Below are positions 17,245-27,464 of a DNA stretch of 61,869 bases, piece by piece; position 1 is the stretch's first letter; the number at the start of each line of letters is the position of its first letter. The translations under genes and the position numbers were made by a program. Origin of the DNA: Deltaproteobacteria bacterium (GTDB lineage Bacteria; CG2-30-53-67); the NCBI GenBank assembly GCA_013151235.1, contig JAADIO010000006.1, positions 1 to 61,869 on the forward strand, given 5' to 3'. A model generated the notes under the pieces. It had not been told where the DNA came from. It worked only from the letters and a program-made list of their open reading frames with translations, and did no database searches.

Positions 17245-20229
17245 ATGATAAGATCGCTAAAAGCATCATTGATGATACTGATGATCCTCATGACCTGGAA
17301 CCCTGCATCCGCCGAAGAAATTCCTTTGTACCGATTGAACGTGAGATTACTGCCCGGCATCCACACCATCGAGGGGCACGGCATCATCTCCGTGACCAGT
17401 GGGAACCGGTTCGAGATCGACCCGGCTCCTTTTTCCATGACCGGGTGGCGGCTGGACGGCAAGAAGATTGATTCCTTCGAAGCAGTCAACCGGAGACTCG
17501 CAGCGGATCCCGGCCCCCACGTCCTGGAATTCGATTACCGAAAAGTTTTCTCCGGTGAGGACGGGGAAAACGCTCTTAACCCGAAAGGGGTGATACTCCT
17601 CAGTCGGTGGTACCCGACAATTTCTCTCCGGAGCCGCTACAGGTTGACGGTAACCCTGCCCCGCTCCATGACCGCCGTCTCGGAAACGGAGTCGGTAAAA
17701 GAGAGCCTCGGCGAGAAGACCCGGACCGTCCGTTTCGTTTTCCCCCACGCCATCGGGGGGATTACCCTCGCTGCCGGTCCCTACAAGATCCGTCAAGAGC
17801 GGATCCACGGCATTACCTTGCGGGTTCTCTTCTTCGCGGAGGACGACACACTCGCCGGGCGCTACCTCGATCGGGCACGCCGTTACATCGAACTCTACGA
17901 GAAGATGCTCGGTCCATTTCCCTATCCGATTTTCTCCATCGTCGAAAACCGTTACCCCACCGGCTCTTCATTCCCGACCTACACCCTTCTCGGCGCTGCG
18001 GTCATCCGACTTCCCTTCATCCTCCAGACCTCCCTCGGACACGAGATCCTGCATCAGTGGTTCGGCAACAGCCTCTTCGTGAACAACGCTGAAGGAAACT
18101 GGTCCGAAGGATTAACGACCTACCTTGCCGATCACTGGTATAAGGCACAGGCAGGAAAGGGGGCGGCCTACCGGAAAAAGATCCTGACCGACTACCGCAA
18201 CTATGTGACCAGGAAGAATGATTTTCCTCTCAAGGATTTCCGGGAACGCACGAACCGGGCCACGCAGGCCATAGGCTACGGGAAGGGGGCCATGTTCTTT
18301 CACATGCTCCGCAGAAAGGTCGGGGACGAGAAGTTCTTTGCCGGCCTGAAGGAGACGATTGCCGCGGAGAAATTCAAACGGCTCTTATGGCATGACCTCG
18401 AAAAACATTTTTCCACCGCCGCCGGAGAAGATCTTGCCCCCTTCTTCACACAGTGGCTCGAACGGAAGGGGGTTCCGGAGTTCCGGGTGAAAAACCCGAG
18501 GCTCCTTTACCGCAACGGGGCCTACCGGCTGAGTTTCGACCTCCGCCAGGAAGGAAAACCCTGGCGGTTCAAACTTCCCGTAACGGTCGTCACACCGGAC
18601 GGCCGCAAGACTTACACATTCCCTGTCGAAGGTGCGACAGAACATTGGTCGCATACCTTCACCGAGAAACCTTCCCGGCTCATCATCGATCCGAACTACG
18701 ACGTCATGCGGAGCCTGACGAAGGAGGAGACCCCGCAGGTTCTCTCCGGATTCCTCGGACGGCCGGGCTCCCTGGTCATTCTTCCCGATGAAGATTCCGA
18801 TCTCTACAGGGATGCTGCAGACCTCTTCCGGCGAAAGGGCTTCAAGGTCATTCAGGCCAAAGAGGTCACCGAAGAAGATCTCAGGAACCACTCCGCCTTG
18901 ATCTTCTCAAGGAAAAACCGGATCTATCAGCGCCTCTTCGCCGGTACGTCACTCCCCCGAGGCGACCTGGTCCTGAAAGTGACGGCCAATCCGCTGAACA
19001 CGGAATTGACCGACGTCCTTGCAGGAGGAGATCGGCCCGGTTCCAGCCTCCCCGCCCTGAGAAAGATCTTTCACTACGGGAACGACGCCGAACTGGTCTT
19101 CCGCGACGGGCACGTCATCTCGCGTAAGGCCGGTACGGCGGAACAGGGGATCGTTGTCGACCTGGACCTTCATGTAGAGGCCGTTGAGCCGAAGAAGGAC
19201 CTCGACCTGGATGCCGTCGTCACAAAAATCCGGGATCGGCGTCTTATCTTCATCGGAGAATCGCATACCGCATACGCCCATCATGTCGTGCAGCGTGAGA
19301 TCATCCGGCGCATCTTTAAGGCCCGGAGGAAACTCATCATCGGCATGGAGATGTTTCAACGTCCCTACCAGGAATATCTCAATCAGTATATTCAGGGCAA
19401 AATCGACGAAGCGGAGATGCTCCGGAAAACGGAATACTTTTCCCGCTGGAAATATGAATATAACCTCTACCGGGACATCCTGCAGTATGCCCGGGCGAAG
19501 AAGATTCCCGTCATCGCTCTCAACCTGCGGGCGGAAATCATCCGCAAAGTCTCCCGCAAAGGGATCTCTTCTCTGACGCCCGATGAGGCCGAGGCCCTGC
19601 CGCGGGATATCGACATGACCAACCAGACCTACCGGCAATACATGCAGGAGATCTTCAAGGAACACCCCGAGGGAAAGAGTCAGGCTGCGGGCAAAACGGG
19701 GGCGCTTTTTGCTGATTTCTTCCAGTCCCAGGTCCTCTGGGATGAGACCATGGCCCACACGATTGCAGAAACCCTGCGAAAACACCCCGATACGCCGATG
19801 GTCGTCCTTGCCGGAAATGGTCACCTGCAATATTCCTGGGGGATCCCCGACCGGGTGCACCGGATCACCGGCATACGGGGAACGGTGATTTTAAACGATA
19901 TCAATGACACCATTCGAAGAGACCTGGCCGACTACATACTTTTTCCCGATCCGATGAAAACGCCGGAGAGTCCGAAACTGATGGTCATGCTGTCAAAAAA
20001 CAAAAACGGCATCGAAGTCGTAAAGATGCTGCGAAACGGTCCGGCCGACAAGGGCGGCATGCGGGAGGGAGATCTTATCTTAAAGATCGGAAAAGAAAAA
20101 ATCCGGAAGATCGACGATGTTAAAATCGCGCTCCTCGGCAAGAAAAAGGGAGAAACCATTAAGGTAAAGATCCGGAGGAAACATCTATTCCTGGGAAGGA
20201 AGGAGACCCAACTGAAGGTCCATCTTTAA
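17245..20229 (+). CDS. Secreted M1-family metallopeptidase fused to a ChaN-like domain and a PDZ domain
   Basis: Signal peptide; HEILHQWFGN...NWSEGLTTY (HExxH-18-E) and YGKGAMFF; ChaN-like IFIGESH, GMEMFQR, QVLWDETMA, LAGNGH; PDZ GPADKGGMREGDLI. Confidence 0.88.
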   Translation: MIRSLKASLMILMILMTWNPASAEEIPLYRLNVRLLPGIHTIEGHGIISVTSGNRFEIDPAPFSMTGWRLDGKKIDSFEAVNRRLAADPGPHVLEFDYRKVFSGEDGENALNPKGVILLSRWYPTISLRSRYRLTVTLPRSMTAVSETESVKESLGEKTRTVRFVFPHAIGGITLAAGPYKIRQERIHGITLRVLFFAEDDTLAGRYLDRARRYIELYEKMLGPFPYPIFSIVENRYPTGSSFPTYTLLGAAVIRLPFILQTSLGHEILHQWFGNSLFVNNAEGNWSEGLTTYLADHWYKAQAGKGAAYRKKILTDYRNYVTRKNDFPLKDFRERTNRATQAIGYGKGAMFFHMLRRKVGDEKFFAGLKETIAAEKFKRLLWHDLEKHFSTAAGEDLAPFFTQWLERKGVPEFRVKNPRLLYRNGAYRLSFDLRQEGKPWRFKLPVTVVTPDGRKTYTFPVEGATEHWSHTFTEKPSRLIIDPNYDVMRSLTKEETPQVLSGFLGRPGSLVILPDEDSDLYRDAADLFRRKGFKVIQAKEVTEEDLRNHSALIFSRKNRIYQRLFAGTSLPRGDLVLKVTANPLNTELTDVLAGGDRPGSSLPALRKIFHYGNDAELVFRDGHVISRKAGTAEQGIVVDLDLHVEAVEPKKDLDLDAVVTKIRDRRLIFIGESHTAYAHHVVQREIIRRIFKARRKLIIGMEMFQRPYQEYLNQYIQGKIDEAEMLRKTEYFSRWKYEYNLYRDILQYARAKKIPVIALNLRAEIIRKVSRKGISSLTPDEAEALPRDIDMTNQTYRQYMQEIFKEHPEGKSQAAGKTGALFADFFQSQVLWDETMAHTIAETLRKHPDTPMVVLAGNGHLQYSWGIPDRVHRITGIRGTVILNDINDTIRRDLADYILFPDPMKTPESPKLMVMLSKNKNGIEVVKMLRNGPADKGGMREGDLILKIGKEKIRKIDDVKIALLGKKKGETIKVKIRRKHLFLGRKETQLKVHL

Positions 20230-20327
20230 AGATTGGTTGGTTTTTTCGTCAAATTCCGTTATGATATAATTTGATCTCTTTGCACTGGGTTCTCCCCTCT
20301 TTGCCGGGCACAACACAAGGAATGTCC

Positions 20328-21011
20328 ATGGAGTTTCACATTGAAAACCTGTTGCTGATTCTCGAATCGGTTCTGCTGGTCTTCACAATCATCCTGCTGC
20401 TCTACAGCATTCGGGAAGGAAGACACCGAGATGCCCTGATCGCGGAAGTCGGCCGGGCGACACGGATACTGACTCGGCAGGAATATTTCATGAACCTCAC
20501 CGATGCCATGCTCGGGGCGAAGGAGGAGGTGATCGGGGCAATTACCGGAAGAACTCCCCAGAAAGAAGATGTCAAGAAAATTCATTCCATCGTCGCCCAC
20601 ATTGAGAAACTAGTCGAAAAAGGCGTCCACGTCGCCTACCTGATTCCTAAATTTCCCGATCGGCTCTATGTCGGATCCCATTACACCCGGGCCGGGGCGG
20701 ACGTACGATACAGCAGTTGCCTCATGGTCCAGGACCTCCGTTACACTCTAATTGATCATCATCAGATCCTCCTCGGAGTGCCGGAAGGGACCGGCAACCA
20801 GGAAGCAACCAAAAAAGGGTACAACATCCCCTCCGAAGGGTTGGCGGCCATGCTGGAAGAGAACTTCTACAACTGTTGGGAACAAAGTCCCACTTACGAA
20901 GAATATGTCCGAGAGGTCCTGCAGGAAACCGGGGCCGACCCGAAGCTGTTGGCCCGGGAATTCCAGATCGATGAAAAAGAGATCGAACGAATCTCACGGG
21001 CCGGATCTTAA
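20328..21011 (+). CDS. Hypothetical membrane-anchored protein with a PLD/TrmB-like central domain
   Basis: One N-terminal TM helix. GAKEEVI...KGVHVAYL...AGADVRY...LRYTLID resembles a PLD fold lacking the HKD motif. Start uncertain (20322 or 20328). Confidence 0.55.
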   Translation: MEFHIENLLLILESVLLVFTIILLLYSIREGRHRDALIAEVGRATRILTRQEYFMNLTDAMLGAKEEVIGAITGRTPQKEDVKKIHSIVAHIEKLVEKGVHVAYLIPKFPDRLYVGSHYTRAGADVRYSSCLMVQDLRYTLIDHHQILLGVPEGTGNQEATKKGYNIPSEGLAAMLEENFYNCWEQSPTYEEYVREVLQETGADPKLLAREFQIDEKEIERISRAGS

Positions 21012-21026
21012 AGCACTCTACGGAAC

Positions 21027-21072
21027 TAAAAAAACTTGCCCTTCTCTACCGAAACAACGAATAAGGGCGCAA
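21027..21072 (-). terminator. Rho-independent terminator acting on the minus strand
   Basis: Minus-strand gccctt...aagggc hairpin followed by T8. Confidence 0.5.
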
Positions 21073-21293
21073 CCATGTGACCTGCAACCCGGTCTAAGTC
21101 TCCTCCAACCTCATCGTGGAGTCATCCGGAACGTCAGGCGCTTGGCGCTGCCGCCGGGGCTTGCCGACCTTGATTTCCTCGATCGAGAAATTTCCTCCAA
21201 ATCCGAAAAGAATTTCTATTGTCACACTTTCCACAACTGTACTATGATAACAAGGAGAGTCTTTCCCATCACACTGCAAAGAACGGACCGATC

Positions 21294-23159
21294 ATGTCCT
21301 CAAAAAACGATCAGGGAATTTCTCTGACGCTTGCACACTTCTCCTCGCCGCAGGTGGATCGGGCCGGTGATTATGTTTACCGGATTGCACAGCCAAACCG
21401 GGCGCTGGGCCGCCTTCCAGGGATCGAGGTAGTCGAGTTCTCCACCCTTTCCCGGCACAGGCTGCGTCTTTTGCTGGAAGCCGATGTTCTGATCATCAAC
21501 CTGGTGGGAGATCCGGACCTTCTGCCGATTATCGCTGAACGGAAGACGGCCCGGAAACTGACGATCTATGAAATCAATGATTACTTCCCCGGGTTTCAGC
21601 CCTGGAACCCGGTCTATTACTTTTTCAAAGACCCGGAAAACCGAGCGATAATTCTTCAGTTGATTGGAACGTGCGATGCCGTTCAGGTAACTTGCCGTGA
21701 ACTGGCTCGGCGCTTTGAACGGTACAACCCCAACATCTCCGTTTTCGAGAATCAGATGGAGCGGATCGGCTCTCTCAAAAAACCGGACACCCCCTTTCTC
21801 GTCGGCTGGGGAGGTTCCCACGGACATCTCGAAGATATGAAACGGATCGCTCCCCATCTGATCGGCTGGTTCCGTAAACATCCGGAGGCATGCCTTTCCA
21901 TCATGGGGTCCCGGGAGATCTTCGATCTCTTCTGCGACCTGGATGAGGGACAGAAGGCCTATACACCGCCGGGCACCCTGGACGATTTCTATCGTTTCAT
22001 CCAGACCCTCCATGTAGGGCTTGCCCCGCTTCTTCCGACGGACTACAATCTCTGCCGGTCCGATGTGAAGTTCCTTGAATACGGCGCCTTCGGAGCCGTT
22101 CCGGTCTGTGCCGACCTGGAACCGTACCATCATGTCATCGATGGAGAAACGGGTTTTCTCTTCCGTACACCGGAGGAACTCCCCCCTCTTCTGGACCGAA
22201 TCACAGAAGATCCGGATCTGCGCCGACGGGTTGCAGCCCGTGCTCACGACTACGTTCAATCGGAGCGGATGGAATCCCTTCATGCTGCGGAGCGGTTGTC
22301 CTTTTACGTGGAGGAAGGGAGGCGTCTTGATCCGGACGGACGTTCCGGTCACCGGATCGAGTGGATCGCAGAAATCCCGGAAGCCCGGCGTGAAGAGAAA
22401 TCGGGTTATATCCCTCTCGGTTTCACAACGGTGGAAAAGGATCTCTACAACGGTCTGGTTCACCAGTTTCAACATCAAAAGGTTACGGAGGCCGTAAAGT
22501 GTTTCAAAAGCGCCCGGGCCGCAGCGCCCGGCTTCTACCTGCCGAACCTCTATCTGGGAAATGCCCTGGAAGACTCCTCCCCGGAAAAGGCTGAAGCGGC
22601 CTATCGGGAGGCACTTACCTGCAATCCCTCCTCCTGTTTCACCGCCGCTCTTCTGGGCCGGGTCCGGCAAAAGCAGGGAAAGCATAACGAAGCCCTTGAA
22701 GCTTTCAGAGAATCCGCCCGAATTGCTCCACGCTATGCCCGGGCCTGGATGTCTCTTGCCCTGGCAGTGCAGTCTACGGGAGATGTATCCGCTGCACTGG
22801 CCAATCTGCAGCATTCCCTGGAGGCCAATCCCTACTATTCCCCCTCCTATACCCACCTGGGGCTCCTGCTTCTGCAGCAGAAGCGTAGAGGAGATGCCAG
22901 GAAGGCCTTTGAGTGTGCCTTGGCTCTCCACCCGGAATCGGTGGCGGACAACTTTTACCTGGGCAACATCCTGCTGGACGACGGGGAGCTGGAAGCGGCG
23001 GAACGGCTCTACCATCAGGCCCTCACTCTCCACCCGGAACTGGCCGCAGCGTATGTTAATCTCAGCCGGATCTACCACGCCCAGGGACGATCGGACGAAG
23101 CGGAAGCGGCCCGGGCGGAAGCTCTCCGGCTACAACCCGACCTGATGGGAAAAATATAA
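21294..23159 (+). CDS. GT-B glycosyltransferase with C-terminal TPR repeats
   Basis: YRIAQP, YEINDY, VGWGGSHGH, GLAPL..TDYNLCRSDVKFLEYG, DGETGFLF; several TPR repeats in the C-terminal ~250 aa. Confidence 0.85.
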   Translation: MSSKNDQGISLTLAHFSSPQVDRAGDYVYRIAQPNRALGRLPGIEVVEFSTLSRHRLRLLLEADVLIINLVGDPDLLPIIAERKTARKLTIYEINDYFPGFQPWNPVYYFFKDPENRAIILQLIGTCDAVQVTCRELARRFERYNPNISVFENQMERIGSLKKPDTPFLVGWGGSHGHLEDMKRIAPHLIGWFRKHPEACLSIMGSREIFDLFCDLDEGQKAYTPPGTLDDFYRFIQTLHVGLAPLLPTDYNLCRSDVKFLEYGAFGAVPVCADLEPYHHVIDGETGFLFRTPEELPPLLDRITEDPDLRRRVAARAHDYVQSERMESLHAAERLSFYVEEGRRLDPDGRSGHRIEWIAEIPEARREEKSGYIPLGFTTVEKDLYNGLVHQFQHQKVTEAVKCFKSARAAAPGFYLPNLYLGNALEDSSPEKAEAAYREALTCNPSSCFTAALLGRVRQKQGKHNEALEAFRESARIAPRYARAWMSLALAVQSTGDVSAALANLQHSLEANPYYSPSYTHLGLLLLQQKRRGDARKAFECALALHPESVADNFYLGNILLDDGELEAAERLYHQALTLHPELAAAYVNLSRIYHAQGRSDEAEAARAEALRLQPDLMGKI

Positions 23160-23258
23160 CGATGAAGCTGTTTTACGTCGTGCACGACGTTGCCCCTTTC
23201 AAATCTGCAACCAGGATTTCAATTTTACTTCCCCCGACGAATCTGATATGATTTTTTC

Positions 23259-23990
23259 ATGATTTCATCCACAGAGGGGAAGTGTATTGCCATTGTTCCC
23301 GCCGCCGGCGCCGGGACCCGGATGGGCGGACCTACGAAAAAACAGTTCCTCCGGCTGGCTGGGAAACCTATTTTGACACACACTTTGGAGAGACTGGAAA
23401 GCTGTCCGGAGATCGACGGCGTGATCCTTGTGGTCCCGTCGGAGGAGGTTCTCTTCTGTCGGGAAGAGATTGTTCAACCCTTCGGTCTGCAAAAGATCCT
23501 GTCGGTTCTCGTTGGAGGACGTGAGCGGCAGGATTCGGTCCGGACAGGCTTGCAGGCCCTGCCGGAATCAACGACGGTTGTGGTGATCCACGACGGGGTT
23601 CGCCCCTTTGCGGAAGTTCCCCTCTTCCGGCAGTGTATCGAAACCGCCCGGAAAGGCGTCGGGGCTGTCGTCGGCCTTCCCGTCGTGGAGACGATCAAAT
23701 CGGTGGGCCCCAAACGGAGGGTTCTGCAAACCGTACCCCGGGAGAGACTCTGGTCCATTCAGACCCCCCAGGCCTTTCCCGCTTCCCTGCTTCACGAAGC
23801 CTACGACCGGGCAGGCCGGGAAGGGTTTTACGGAACGGACGATGCCTCCCTCGTGGAACGGATCGGGTACCCCGTGGAAGTTCTCAGGGGCAGTGAAAGC
23901 AACATCAAAATCACCTCTCCCGGAGATCTTCTCATGGGGGAGGTCATTCTGAAGGAGAGAACAGACCATGCGCATCGGACAGGGATATGA
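23259..23990 (+). CDS. ispD: 2-C-methyl-D-erythritol 4-phosphate cytidylyltransferase
   Basis: AAGAGTRMG, GGRERQDSV, HDGVRP, QTPQAF and NIKIT. Confidence 0.97.
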   Translation: MISSTEGKCIAIVPAAGAGTRMGGPTKKQFLRLAGKPILTHTLERLESCPEIDGVILVVPSEEVLFCREEIVQPFGLQKILSVLVGGRERQDSVRTGLQALPESTTVVVIHDGVRPFAEVPLFRQCIETARKGVGAVVGLPVVETIKSVGPKRRVLQTVPRERLWSIQTPQAFPASLLHEAYDRAGREGFYGTDDASLVERIGYPVEVLRGSESNIKITSPGDLLMGEVILKERTDHAHRTGI

Positions 23991-24444
23991 TGCCCATCGG
24001 TTGACGGATGGCCGCAAACTGGTACTGGGAGGCGTTACCCTGCCCTTTGAGAGGGGATTGCTGGGGCACTCCGATGCGGATGTCCTGGTTCACTCCATCT
24101 GCGATGCCCTCCTGGGGGCGGCGGCAATGGGCGATCTCGGGACCCATTTTCCCGACACCGACGATGAGTACCAGGGCATCAGCAGTCTCGACCTTCTCTC
24201 CCGGGTCAACGAGATGTTGGAACGCTGCGGGTATCGAATCGGGAATATCGATGCCACGATCATCGCCGAGCGGCCCCGAATGATCGAGTTCATCCCCGCC
24301 ATGCGGGAGAATATCTCGATCACCCTCGGGATCTATCCCTCGGAGGTGAACATCAAGGCGACCACCACGGAGGGAATGGGCTATACCGGAAAAGGCGAGG
24401 GGATCGCATCCATCGCCTCGGCCCTGATTCAAAAAACGGAGTAA
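23968..24444 (+). CDS. ispF: 2-C-methyl-D-erythritol 2,4-cyclodiphosphate synthase
   Basis: MRIGQGYDAH, GHSDADV and KATTTEGMG. Confidence 0.97.
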   Translation: MRIGQGYDAHRLTDGRKLVLGGVTLPFERGLLGHSDADVLVHSICDALLGAAAMGDLGTHFPDTDDEYQGISSLDLLSRVNEMLERCGYRIGNIDATIIAERPRMIEFIPAMRENISITLGIYPSEVNIKATTTEGMGYTGKGEGIASIASALIQKTE

Positions 24445-24477
24445 CCTCCATCGGCAACGAAAGGAATTTTCTTTCTG

Positions 24478-25134
24478 ATGAAACAAACGTGGGAAAAAAT
24501 CAAATCCGATTTTGATGCCGTCTTCGAGATGGACCCCGCGGCGACCAGCAAACTGGAAGTCCTCCTGACTTACTCCGGTTTCCACGCCGTTCTGGCCTAT
24601 CGCTTCGCCCATTGGATCCATACCCGCCATGTCCCTTTCTTCCCCCGTGCGATCTCCCAGCTGGCCAAGTTCCTCACCGGTGTGGAGATCCATCCGGCTG
24701 CCCGGATCGGGAAACGTTTCTTTATCGACCACGGCATGGGGGTCGTGATCGGGGAAACCACGGAAATCGGCGACAACGTCACCCTCTACCAGGGAGTCAC
24801 TCTCGGCGGTACCGGGAAGGAACACAAGAAGCGACACCCCACCCTGGGCGACAACGTCGTCGTAGGGGCGGGCGCCAAAATTTTGGGGAGCATGACCCTG
24901 GGGGACAATGTCAAGGTCGGCGCCAATGCTGTCGTCCTGACGCCGGTTCCTTCAAACTCAACGGTCATCGGCGTCCCCGGCAGGATTGTGAAGGTCGAGG
25001 GGGAAAAGGTCCGAAGCAGTCTCGATCACATTCACCTGCCCGACCCGATCATGGAACGCTTCCGGAATATGGAAAAAGAAATCGGAGAACTCAAAGAGAA
25101 ATTAAAGGAGAAAGAGGCTTCTGAACAATCCTGA
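24478..25134 (+). CDS. cysE: Serine O-acetyltransferase
   Basis: [29 protein letters not shown] and KRHPTLG. Confidence 0.96.
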   Translation: MKQTWEKIKSDFDAVFEMDPAATSKLEVLLTYSGFHAVLAYRFAHWIHTRHVPFFPRAISQLAKFLTGVEIHPAARIGKRFFIDHGMGVVIGETTEIGDNVTLYQGVTLGGTGKEHKKRHPTLGDNVVVGAGAKILGSMTLGDNVKVGANAVVLTPVPSNSTVIGVPGRIVKVEGEKVRSSLDHIHLPDPIMERFRNMEKEIGELKEKLKEKEASEQS

Positions 25135-26344
25135 CCCCACCCTGCCGGAACTCCTTGCGCCCGCCGGAAATCTCGAAAAACTCCGTTTTGCCCTTCACTA
25201 CGGCGCCGATGCCGTTTACCTCGGCGGTGAATTCTTTAACCTCCGGGATCGGGCGGGGAATTTCACCCTTGATGAGATGGCCGAAGGGACGGACCTGGCC
25301 CACGGTCTGGGAAAAAAGGTCTATCTGGCTCTGAACGTCTTTCCCCATCATGACGATCTGGAGGCAATGGCCGTCTATCTCCCCGGGGTCGCCGCAACGG
25401 GTATCGATGCCGTCATCGTGGCGGATCCGGGGGTCTTCCGGCTTGTACAGCGGGTCCTTCCCGGAATGCCGATTCACATCAGCACTCAGGCCAACCTCAT
25501 CAACGGCGATGCCGTTGCTTTCTGGGAGGACCAGGGGGCCCGCCGTGCCGTCCTGGCCCGGGAGCTACCCCTTGATGAAATCCGCTGGATCCGTCAATCC
25601 ACAAATCTGGAATTAGAGGTTTTTGTCCACGGGGCGATGTGTATGGCCTATTCCGGACGCTGCCTTCTCTCCTCCTTTCTCACCGGCCGGGACGCCAACC
25701 GGGGTGACTGCGCCCAACCCTGCCGGTGGGAATATACCCTCCGTGAGGAGAAACGACCCGGCCAATCCTTCCCCATTATTGAAGAGGGAGAAAAAACTTA
25801 CCTCCTCAACTCAAAGGACCTGAACCTCATCCGCCGGCTGCCGGAATTGATTGCAGCCGGCGTCAACAGTTTCAAGATCGAGGGGAGGATGAAGAGCCTT
25901 TACTATGTGGCCGCCGTCACGCGAGTCTACCGCCGTGCGCTGGATAGCTACCGGAAAAATCCAGCCGCTTATTGTTTTCGGGAAGAGTGGGAGGAAGAGT
26001 TGCAGAAAGTCAGCCACCGGCCTTACACAACGGGTTTTCTTTTACCGAAAGAGGAGACACGGCGGCAATTCACAACAGGCGCCGATTATATTCAACCGTA
26101 CGATTTTGTGGGGATCGTCACGAAGATCGACGGACGGGAAGCTATGATCGAGGCCCGGAACAAGATCCGCCCCGGCGACCGAATCGAATGGATCGGTCCT
26201 GAGATGAAAATGTTCGAAACCGAAATAAAGCGTATGCAGGAGATCGACGGGACCCCCCTCTCCTGCGCACAGCCTCAGCAGACATTTGTCACCACGCCAG
26301 TGCCGCCCGTAGCCCCATTCTTCCTGCTTCGAAGAAAACGGTAA
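25121..26344 (+). CDS. U32-family peptidase / tRNA hydroxylation protein (TrhP/YegQ-like), probable CTG start
   Basis: The conserved N-terminus [13 protein letters not shown]...[10 protein letters not shown] lies in frame upstream of ATG 25277. Also [22 protein letters not shown] and KIEGRMKS. Confidence 0.9.
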   Translation: MNNPDPTLPELLAPAGNLEKLRFALHYGADAVYLGGEFFNLRDRAGNFTLDEMAEGTDLAHGLGKKVYLALNVFPHHDDLEAMAVYLPGVAATGIDAVIVADPGVFRLVQRVLPGMPIHISTQANLINGDAVAFWEDQGARRAVLARELPLDEIRWIRQSTNLELEVFVHGAMCMAYSGRCLLSSFLTGRDANRGDCAQPCRWEYTLREEKRPGQSFPIIEEGEKTYLLNSKDLNLIRRLPELIAAGVNSFKIEGRMKSLYYVAAVTRVYRRALDSYRKNPAAYCFREEWEEELQKVSHRPYTTGFLLPKEETRRQFTTGADYIQPYDFVGIVTKIDGREAMIEARNKIRPGDRIEWIGPEMKMFETEIKRMQEIDGTPLSCAQPQQTFVTTPVPPVAPFFLLRRKR

Positions 26345-26352
26345 TGAATCAA

Positions 26353-26829
26353 TTATGCAAGCTTCCGGCAGAGTTCCGCCACCCGTCCCCCTAACTTGAA
26401 GCCGTTCTCCGAGGTCTCCGGATCAGGCGCCCCGACACAGGCGGTACCGTAGTGACCTGTGGCACTCATGGGATCTCCCACGAGGATCATCCCATAGATC
26501 ATCATGCACTGAAGGATGGAAAAGATCGTGGTTTCCTTTCCGCCCGAGGCATGGCCGGAGGTGGTAAAGGCGGCCCCCACCTTGTTCTCCATCTTTTTGC
26601 GGATGCCGACAAAATCATCAAAGACCTTCTTCAGTTCCCAGGCCATGACACCAAAATAGACGGGCGACCCGGCAATCACCCCGGCGGAAGCAAGAAAATC
26701 CTCTTTCGTCACCTCCTCTGCACTTTTCAACAGCGCCGTTACCCCGGCGGATTCTACGCCCCGGGCGACCTCTTCCGCCAGTTTCTTTGTATTGCCCCCT
26801 TTGGAATAGTACACGATAAGCACCTGCAT
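26353..26829 (-). CDS. Flavodoxin-like NAD(P)H oxidoreductase (WrbA family)
   Basis: YYSKGGNTKKLA, GSPVYFG and GAAFTTSGHASGGKET. Confidence 0.88.
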   Translation of the reverse strand: MQVLIVYYSKGGNTKKLAEEVARGVESAGVTALLKSAEEVTKEDFLASAGVIAGSPVYFGVMAWELKKVFDDFVGIRKKMENKVGAAFTTSGHASGGKETTIFSILQCMMIYGMILVGDPMSATGHYGTACVGAPDPETSENGFKLGGRVAELCRKLA

Positions 26830-26903
26830 TTTTCGGGCTCCTTTCTTCAACGCCGGTCCAAGTTCTCCCAAAACCTATACGCCTGCATTTACACAAGAAA
26901 CAA

Positions 26904-26932
26904 CAAAAAACCCGGCGAACGGTTCACCGGGT
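26904..26932 (-). terminator. Terminator after ihfB
   Basis: Minus-strand acccggtgaaccgttcgccgggt hairpin followed by a T-tract. Confidence 0.6.
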
Positions 26933-26965
26933 CCTGAATTGTCCTGTAGAGAGACAACAATCCTT

Positions 26966-27244
26966 TCAACTGTCTACGCGAATCTTCAGTTCTTTTCCCG
27001 CTTTAAAAAAAGGGACTCGTTTAGCCGGAACCGCCACCATCTCACCGGTCTTCGGATTTCTTCCCTCGCGGGATTGCCTCTGTCGTATCTTAAAACTGCC
27101 GAATCCCCGCAACTCCACCTTGTCCCCCCGGGCCAGGGCATCTTTGATGCTTTCAAAGATGGTATTAACAATGACTTCCGTCTGCTTCTTGGTCAATCCG
27201 TTGATGTTTTCCACAACGGTTTCGACCAACTCTGCCTTGGTCAT
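26966..27244 (-). CDS. ihfB: Integration host factor beta / HU-family DNA-binding protein
   Basis: MTKAELV, VELRGFGSF, GRNPKTGE and VPFFKAGKELK; GGAGG RBS. Confidence 0.88.
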   Translation of the reverse strand: MTKAELVETVVENINGLTKKQTEVIVNTIFESIKDALARGDKVELRGFGSFKIRQRQSREGRNPKTGEMVAVPAKRVPFFKAGKELKIRVDS

Positions 27245-27464
27245 CTTTTCCTCCTTACCCTCTGTAATGGAGAAACCATCATGAACCCCATGCATCTCAG
27301 TATTTCGGCATCCTGACTTGATTTCTTTTTATTAATAATAACTTAGCATAGGCCCTCTTTTCTGTCAAGAAAAAATAATCCCGTTTTCCCAAACAAAACG
27401 GCAGGTTGTATGTCACGGGATCTTGTTTTACTACAGGAAAATGATGCAACAGTACGCAGAATAG

